Made by a program: the position numbers and the translations under genes
Part shown: piece by piece, positions 58,511 to 64,000 of the stretch
How positions within the stretch are numbered: position 1 is the stretch's first letter
How the letters are laid out: each line of letters opens with the position of its first letter
The notes under the pieces: model-generated
What the model saw: the letters and a program-made list of their open reading frames with translations, nothing else
Databases searched by the model: none
What the model was told of the DNA's origin: nothing
Source of the DNA: Chloroflexota bacterium
GTDB taxonomy: Bacteria > Chloroflexota > UBA11872 > VXOZ01
Direction of reading: 5' to 3'
Assembly (NCBI GenBank): GCA_963662335.2
Contig: CAXXVD010000005.1
Span: forward strand, 160,001 to 224,000
Length of the DNA: 64,000 nucleotides

Positions 58511-58798
58511 ATGGACCATCCCCTTGCGCTTCCGATTTGGGACGAACTGAACACCGGCTTCATCTTCTTCTGGCTGGCGCTCTTGATGATGGTGGCCATG
58601 GCCGTCTCCTTCCTGTTGGCGCACGCCATCATCCCGTCTCTGGTGGGCACGCGCGACCTGCCGCCGGGCTTTGCCAAACTGCGGCCGGTCTTCTACGCGG
58701 CCGCCATATTGGCGCTGCTGCTCGCGCTCTTCCTCTACTACACCACGTGGGAGACGGTCTCCGTGTACCTGGAGGTCTTCCCGCGCAAGTGGATCTAG
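58511..58798 (+). CDS. Small two-TM membrane protein at the end of the ACIII operon
   Basis: GGAG RBS, GC3-rich codon use, two hydrophobic helices. Confidence 0.7.
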   Translation: MDHPLALPIWDELNTGFIFFWLALLMMVAMAVSFLLAHAIIPSLVGTRDLPPGFAKLRPVFYAAAILALLLALFLYYTTWETVSVYLEVFPRKWI

Positions 58799-58870
58799 CG
58801 TCCGGCGGTTCTGGTAATGGCCCTTCTGGGCAGGCGCAACTTGGGTCGCACGGCAAAGCAGGACGATTGA

Positions 58871-58899
58871 AAGTGAGGACGCCAATGGCGTCCTCACTT
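58871..58899 (+). terminator. Hairpin, likely the ACIII operon terminator
   Basis: Inverted repeat AAGTGAGGACGCCA-A-TGGCGTCCTCACTT. Confidence 0.6.
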
Positions 58900-58935
58900 G
58901 TGACTCCGGGGCCATGCACAGCCGGCGCACTTCTG

Positions 58936-58965
58936 TTGACGGAATCTACATGACAGTGCTAATAT
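58936..58965 (+). promoter_or_regulatory. Promoter of the sulfurtransferase gene
   Basis: TTGACG-18 nt-TAATAT with extended TG. Confidence 0.55.
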
Positions 58966-59018
58966 GTAGACCAACTCGGTCAACTTTATCAACTTACGCG
59001 CGGCAAGGAGTTTGCACT

Positions 59019-59858
59019 ATGGCAAAATACGAGAATTCCGAGGTGCTCGTCTCAACCGATTGGGTAGCCCGGCACGGCGGCGACGCGAACGTGCGGCTGG
59101 TAGAAGTAGACGTCGACACCACGGCCTACGAGACCGGCCACGTCGCCGGCGCGGTGGACTGGGGCTGGCAGTCCGACCTCAATGACCCGGTGCGGCGCGA
59201 CCTAATCGGCAAGGAAGACCTGGAGCGATTGCTCGGCCAGTGCGGGATCACGCCGGACACCACGGTGGTGCTCTATGGCGACAACAACAACTGGTTCGCG
59301 GCGTTCGCCCACTGGATTCTCAAGATCTACGGCCACAAGGACGCCCGCCTGATGAACGGCGGCCGCGTGAAGTGGCTGGAAGAGGGCCGCCCGCTAACCG
59401 ACGACATTCCCCATATTGCGGCAACTACGTACGCGGCCCAAGACCCGGACGCGGCGCTGCGGGTCTTTCAGAGCGGCGTGCAGGAACGCCTGGACAACCC
59501 GAACGTCGGCCTGGTGGACGTGCGCTCGCCGCAGGAGTTCACCGGTGAAATCCTGGCGCCGCCGGGCCTGCCGGAGACCGCCCAGCGCGGCGGCCACATT
59601 CCCGGCGCGGCCAACATTCCCTGGGCGTCGGCCGTCGCCGAGGACGGCACCTTCAAGTCCGTGGACGAATTGCGTGAACTCTACGGCGGCAAGGGCATCG
59701 TGCCCGACAAAGAGATCGTCACGTACTGCCGCATCGGCGAGCGCTCTTCCCACACGTGGTTCGTCCTCAAGTATCTGCTCGGCTACCCGGACGTGCGCAA
59801 CTACGACGGCTCGTGGACCGAATGGGGCAGCATGATCGGCGTGCCCATTGAGAAATAG
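59019..59858 (+). CDS. Two-domain rhodanese / thiosulfate sulfurtransferase (CysA/SseA type)
   Basis: LVSTDW, GHIPGA, active loop YCRIGER and NYDGSWTEW; AAGGAG RBS. Confidence 0.93.
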   Translation: MAKYENSEVLVSTDWVARHGGDANVRLVEVDVDTTAYETGHVAGAVDWGWQSDLNDPVRRDLIGKEDLERLLGQCGITPDTTVVLYGDNNNWFAAFAHWILKIYGHKDARLMNGGRVKWLEEGRPLTDDIPHIAATTYAAQDPDAALRVFQSGVQERLDNPNVGLVDVRSPQEFTGEILAPPGLPETAQRGGHIPGAANIPWASAVAEDGTFKSVDELRELYGGKGIVPDKEIVTYCRIGERSSHTWFVLKYLLGYPDVRNYDGSWTEWGSMIGVPIEK

Positions 59859-59884
59859 GCCGCCCGGCTGAGAGCCATAGCAAT

Positions 59885-59936
59885 CTATCAAAAGGCGTGG
59901 GGACACGACATGTCGAGCCCCCACGCCTTTTGATAG
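59885..59936. terminator. Bidirectional terminator built on a REP-like core
   Basis: CTATCAAAAGGCGTGGGG...CCCCACGCCTTTTGATAG between convergent genes; core resembles 63066-63093. Confidence 0.7.
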
Positions 59937-59972
59937 TGCGCCAATGCGCCGCTCACCCGCTTCCACCGCGCA

Positions 59973-61904
59973 TCAATAGAGCTTGGTCAGCCTGACGCCG
60001 GTATAGTACATCTTCAATATCTGGTCGTAGGTCTTGCCTTGTTTCGCCAGCACGTACGTGCTCTGCAGCGGCATGCCCACGCCGTGCCCATGCAGCGTAG
60101 AACCCGCGCTGACCGGATCCGGCACGCTCACCGCCCAGGGGAAGCCCGGCCCGCCCCACACCTCTTGCCAGGAGCGAGTCTTGCCGTCCGCCCGCGAGTA
60201 GTAGGCGGCGCGGATTACTTTGCCGTCGTAGGTCATGAACTGCCCCCGCGTCGCGTTGGCAGCCGTTTCCAGATTCTTGCCCAGCGTTTCCCGGTAGTAC
60301 CCCAGGTACCACTGGTGCGAGCCCACGTACGGCGGCACGAACTGGTGGGAAGCGCCAATGTCGAACGGTTCCTTGCCGCAGAGGCAGCCCAGCCCGCGCC
60401 ACTGCGGGTCCATGTGCGAGAGCGCGTAGGTGCGGTAGGCCACGGTCGCCGCCTTCAAGCCCTCGGCTGGGAACGACTCCGGCTCTTCGCCAATCCCTTT
60501 CACGTAGTACTCCATTGGCAACTCGTTGATAGCCCACAGACGCTCCGAATACGTCGAGTAGCGGACCTCCACCACCCGGCGATATTGCCGAAAGCGGGGC
60601 ATGCTGAGCACCTGCAGAATGGTACTGTCCTGTGCCTCGAACCGCACGAAGTTGGCTATGTCCGCTACGTCGTTATTCTCGAGCGTCAAGCGATAGCGTG
60701 ACCGGGCCGGGACGTGAGTTACCGTAACGACTTGATCAGCCCTGAAGGCGTAGACCGTTCTGCCGTTCTCATCTACGGCGCGGAACCCGCCGCTGCCCGA
60801 TATCCTCATGCTTTGCTCGGTCGTGGAATAGACGCCAACCCGGATGATCATGCCGTCAGCGCCGCTGCCGACGGTAGGCGTAGGCTGGGGCCTGCGCGGC
60901 GTTGGAATCGGAGGCGGCGTAGGAGTCGGCCTTTGCACGACAATTGTCTGCCGGGTGGCGGCGGAGGGGTCCCGCGCCGCCGCCCAGCCGCGGCCCTGCT
61001 GCCACAAGTCCCATTGCAGCGTGTAGATTCCTCCCTGCCACGGTGTGCTGAGCGAAACGTCAACAACGGCCACGCCGCCGGCGGGCACCCCATGAGGCAA
61101 CGGGACGTGCGAAGCTACGAGCGCTACGCGCCCTCCTTGACCCAGCAAACGATAGCCGACGCCGACGGCCCCGCGCCCCCTCTCCGGCCAGCGCATAATG
61201 CCGACGTTTTGCACGGACACGCGGAGAGGAATAGTTTGATTCGTCAGCAGAATTCTGGGCATTCCCGCCACCCGGAAGTGCCCGCGCGGCCCCATCTTCT
61301 GCGCTAACTCTTCACCCAATAGGCCCAGCGTGACCTGCTGGTTCTCAGGCAAGTGTGGATCGTGTTCGAAGCGCGCCCGTTGAAAGTACTGTACGATCCT
61401 CCCATTTTCAAGGAATGCCTCCGAGATCGGATAGCCAAAGATGTCCAGGCCGCCGCGCGTATCGTAGAAGCGCAAAAAAGACCCTCGCACGATGTGCTGC
61501 GTCAATGGAAAGTACCGCTGGGTCGGCGTTTCAGGCACGGGTGACGCTTTGGGAAACTCCCGGCCTGCGGTGAGAATGTCGCCAAGCAGCCCCAGTTCTA
61601 CCTCATAGGGCGTACCGGCGTGCTCGGGATGGTACTCGAAACGCGCGCGTTGGAAGTACTGGACGGTAAAGCCGTTCTCCTGGATCTCCGGCGTGATGGG
61701 ATAGCCGAAGATCTCAACGCCGCCGCGCTGCTCGAAGTAGCGCTTGAACCCGAAAGAGACGGACATGCCGGTCTCGGGGAAATACCGGGTGTGTTCGTCG
61801 GCGTGCAGAGCCTGGGGCCACAAGACGGCCAGCAGAACCAGCGCGGCCAATAGCCCCGCGCGATAGCAATAGCGGCGATACGCCCTTCCATCAGCACAAC
61901 TCAT
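59973..61904 (-). CDS. Secreted SpoIID/LytB-domain protein with FPETG-type repeats
   Basis: Signal peptide; two YFPxT...FGYPI...QYFQRARFE repeats; Ig-like segment; SpoIID motifs YVKGIGEE...LKAATVAYRTYA, GHGVGM, ILKMYY. Confidence 0.8.
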   Translation of the reverse strand: MSCADGRAYRRYCYRAGLLAALVLLAVLWPQALHADEHTRYFPETGMSVSFGFKRYFEQRGGVEIFGYPITPEIQENGFTVQYFQRARFEYHPEHAGTPYEVELGLLGDILTAGREFPKASPVPETPTQRYFPLTQHIVRGSFLRFYDTRGGLDIFGYPISEAFLENGRIVQYFQRARFEHDPHLPENQQVTLGLLGEELAQKMGPRGHFRVAGMPRILLTNQTIPLRVSVQNVGIMRWPERGRGAVGVGYRLLGQGGRVALVASHVPLPHGVPAGGVAVVDVSLSTPWQGGIYTLQWDLWQQGRGWAAARDPSAATRQTIVVQRPTPTPPPIPTPRRPQPTPTVGSGADGMIIRVGVYSTTEQSMRISGSGGFRAVDENGRTVYAFRADQVVTVTHVPARSRYRLTLENNDVADIANFVRFEAQDSTILQVLSMPRFRQYRRVVEVRYSTYSERLWAINELPMEYYVKGIGEEPESFPAEGLKAATVAYRTYALSHMDPQWRGLGCLCGKEPFDIGASHQFVPPYVGSHQWYLGYYRETLGKNLETAANATRGQFMTYDGKVIRAAYYSRADGKTRSWQEVWGGPGFPWAVSVPDPVSAGSTLHGHGVGMPLQSTYVLAKQGKTYDQILKMYYTGVRLTKLY

Positions 61905-61937
61905 TGCAACACTGCCCTTCAATACCTTACTCTCCTC

Positions 61938-62710
61938 TTATTTCCCGTTCGGCTTGCGCAGCAGGAGGCAGACACCGCCTGCCTTGTGCTGTTCGTCGTC
62001 TCCGAGAAAGCCGTAGACTGCGGACGGCATTACGGCGTTCACCCAGCCGGTGGCCAGGCGACTGAGCCGCTTGGTCGTCGGCGCGTGCAAGAGCGCGAAC
62101 AGCAGCGGCCGGCGCACGCCAAAGTGCTCCCGCTTCACTATTTCCAGCCCCGTCGGCTCGACGACTCGCGCCGTCAAAGCGGCACTGTCGTAGATGCGCT
62201 GATACCGTTCCTGCGCGGGGTCCGCACCGGCGGCCGGTAGTGTTGGCCGTATGGCAACGTGAGCGCCACTAGACCCCCCGGCGCAAGCACACGCGCCATC
62301 TCACCCGTGACGCGGCTATCTCCTTCATCGGGAATGTGCTCCAGTACCGAAACGGCGCATACCCGCGCAAACGACCTGTCCGCAAACGGCAAGGCCCGGG
62401 CTTCGTGCAGACGCGGCGTAATGCTTCGTGCCGCGGCCGTCATGCCGGCGCGGGTCGCCAGCGTTGGCAGGTCCATCACCAGCGGGTCTACGTCAAGCGC
62501 CGTAAGCGTCGCCCCCTGGCGCGCCAGCAAGATCGTGAGCGGCGAACGGCTCGCTCCTACGTCCAGCGCGGGCCTGCCAGCCAGCGGCTGCAAGGCATTG
62601 GCGGTCCAGGAATACTCCAGGTAGCGGCAGACATCCAAACCATAGAGATAGCGAAAGGGTTGGAGCCGGCCGTGAATCCGATAGAAGTCCAGCGGGGTAA
62701 TGCTCGGCAT
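61938..62710 (-). pseudogene. Class I SAM methyltransferase split by a 1-nt frameshift near 62235 (mutation or sequencing error)
   Basis: LDVGAS, SVLEHI, RVLAPGG..LTLPYG in one frame; continuation QERYQRIYDSAALTARVVEPTG...VCLLLRK in the shifted frame ending at 61938. Confidence 0.7.
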
Positions 62711-62926
62711 ACCATAGCTTCGGCGCGGGAAAAGGAAGGCGAGACCGCGGCCCAGGCTGGAACTGCGCTGTCTCCTCTATAGAATACCACGAACGCAGGT
62801 GCGGCTTCTACTTCAAACGCCAACGCGGTTTCTACTTCGAATGCCGACTAGGTCTCTTCACCGCTCGCCATCGCGGATTCCGCCAACTCCCGCGCCCGCG
62901 TGAGAGCAGCGCGCCGCGACTCCCCG

Positions 62927-63096
62927 GTAGCGCAGGTTGAAAACCTGCGCCGGCATGAGCCACAGTGCGAGTGTTGCCGCTCATCCCGGACCGCGCCGCA
63001 GACATCCTCCCTGACATGGCGGCCTAGGGGCGCAACGTGACGGCGTAGGGGCGCAACATGACGGTGTAGGGGCACGACATGTCGTGCCCCTACACC
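62927..63096. repeat. REP cluster with three tandem 21-bp units ending in a 34-bp perfect palindrome
   Basis: GTAGCGCAGGTTGAAAACCTGCGC (62927-62950); units at 63015, 63036 and 63057; GGTGTAGGGGCACGACATGTCGTGCCCCTACACC (63063-63096). Confidence 0.8.
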
Positions 63097-63176
63097 CTAT
63101 GGCAGATTGAGGAAATTCCACCGCGCCGCGTCAAGGCTGCGTCAACCCGGAGCACGCGTACAAACGATTCACCTGA

Positions 63177-64000
63177 TCATAGTTCTTCGGTGCGCGAGTC
63201 AGCGCAGCGCCGCACCGTGTCGCGAAATTCCGCGAGCGGCAGCGCGCCGCGATTCTCGCCGGTGCGCAGGCGCACGTTCACCGCGCCGTCCTCAATTTCG
63301 CGGTCTCCCACCACCGCCATATAGGGAATCTTCTGGATTTGCGCGTCGCGAATCTTGGCGTTCATCCGTTCCGAGCGCGTGTCCACCTCAACGCGAATGT
63401 CCGCCTCCGCGAGCGCGGCCGCCGCTGCCTGTGCATATTCATTGTGCCGGTCGGCAATCGGGATGACGACCGCCTGCACCGGCGCCAGCCACACCGGAAA
63501 CGCGCCGCCGTAGTGCTCCAGCAGGATGCCGAAGAAGCGCTCGATGGAGCCGTAGAGGGCCCGGTGGATCATGAAGGGACGATGCGCCGCGCCGTCTTCG
63601 CCGATGTACTCCAGCCCAAAGGTCTGCGGCAGCCAAAAATCGAATTGGATGGTGGAGAGTTGCCAGGGGCGGCCCAGCACGTCCACAATCTTTATGTCAA
63701 CTTTTGGCCCGTAGAACGCCGCCTCGCCCTCCATGCGCTTGTAGCGCAGTTCCAGCCCTTCCAGCGCGTTGACCAGCCCGGCCTCGGCCATTTCCCAGTC
63801 CGCCGGCTCCCCCGCGTACTTGCTTGTTTCGCCCTGCTCCCACATGCTCAACTCCAATTCGAGGTCCTTGAAGCCGTAGGTCTCCAGGATTTCCAGGCAG
63901 AACTTCAGCACCCGCAGCAACTCGCCGCCCATCTGGTCTGTACGGCAGAAGAGGTGCGCGTCGTCCTGGGTAAAACCGCGCGCGCGCAGCAGGCCGTGCA
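63177..64000 (-). CDS. thrS: Threonine--tRNA ligase (3' part; 5' end outside the window)
   Basis: RARGFTQDDAH, AFYGPKVD, STIQFDF, HRALYGSIERF, FPVWLAPVQ and KIRDAQ motifs. Confidence 0.96.
   Translation of the reverse strand, partial: HGLLRARGFTQDDAHLFCRTDQMGGELLRVLKFCLEILETYGFKDLELELSMWEQGETSKYAGEPADWEMAEAGLVNALEGLELRYKRMEGEAAFYGPKVDIKIVDVLGRPWQLSTIQFDFWLPQTFGLEYIGEDGAAHRPFMIHRALYGSIERFFGILLEHYGGAFPVWLAPVQAVVIPIADRHNEYAQAAAAALAEADIRVEVDTRSERMNAKIRDAQIQKIPYMAVVGDREIEDGAVNVRLRTGENRGALPLAEFRDTVRRCADSRTEEL

Noticed and set aside
51547-59858. Polysulfide/thiosulfate reductase system including the rhodanese gene
   Set aside because: ActD, ActE, ActC motifs and the 3Fe-4S motif indicate ACIII; a hairpin and a separate promoter separate the rhodanese gene
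63015-63096. Possible mini-CRISPR array
   Set aside because: Units are contiguous with no unique spacers, and no cas genes are present

Overview
High-GC bacterial chromosomal segment, most likely Chloroflexota (inferred from FPETG-type wall repeats, a DUF5671-type membrane protein, a GlmL-like gene pair, archaeal-type PGI/PMI and RtcB/archease). The backbone is housekeeping: ltaE, fmt-def-priA-gmk-rsgA-tig, tRNA-Gly(GCC), mreBCD-mrdA-rodA, gltX, tRNA-Ser(GGA) and a partial thrS. It is interleaved with catabolic enzymes (CehA/McbA-family hydrolase, LigC-like dehydrogenase, nitrilase-family enzyme, amidohydrolase pair, sulfatase), a rearranged alternative complex III (ACIII) operon, secreted proteins and many REP-like palindromes. 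I saw no CRISPR array, integrase, transposase or prophage. The best leads are: (1) an N-terminally shortened nitrile-hydratase alpha-like protein (CTPCSCY) with no beta subunit; (2) a tightly coupled CehA-like hydrolase/archease/RtcB/PurM-like operon; (3) a PriA with all ATPase motifs degenerate; (4) a GlmL-like ASKHA protein plus an uncharacterised partner, with no mutase genes; (5) a compositionally mosaic lamin-tail-domain/PT-repeat protein; (6) a strongly structured leader upstream of a TPR gene. All family calls come from motif recognition by eye, not database searches, and several start codons were adjusted by judgement.
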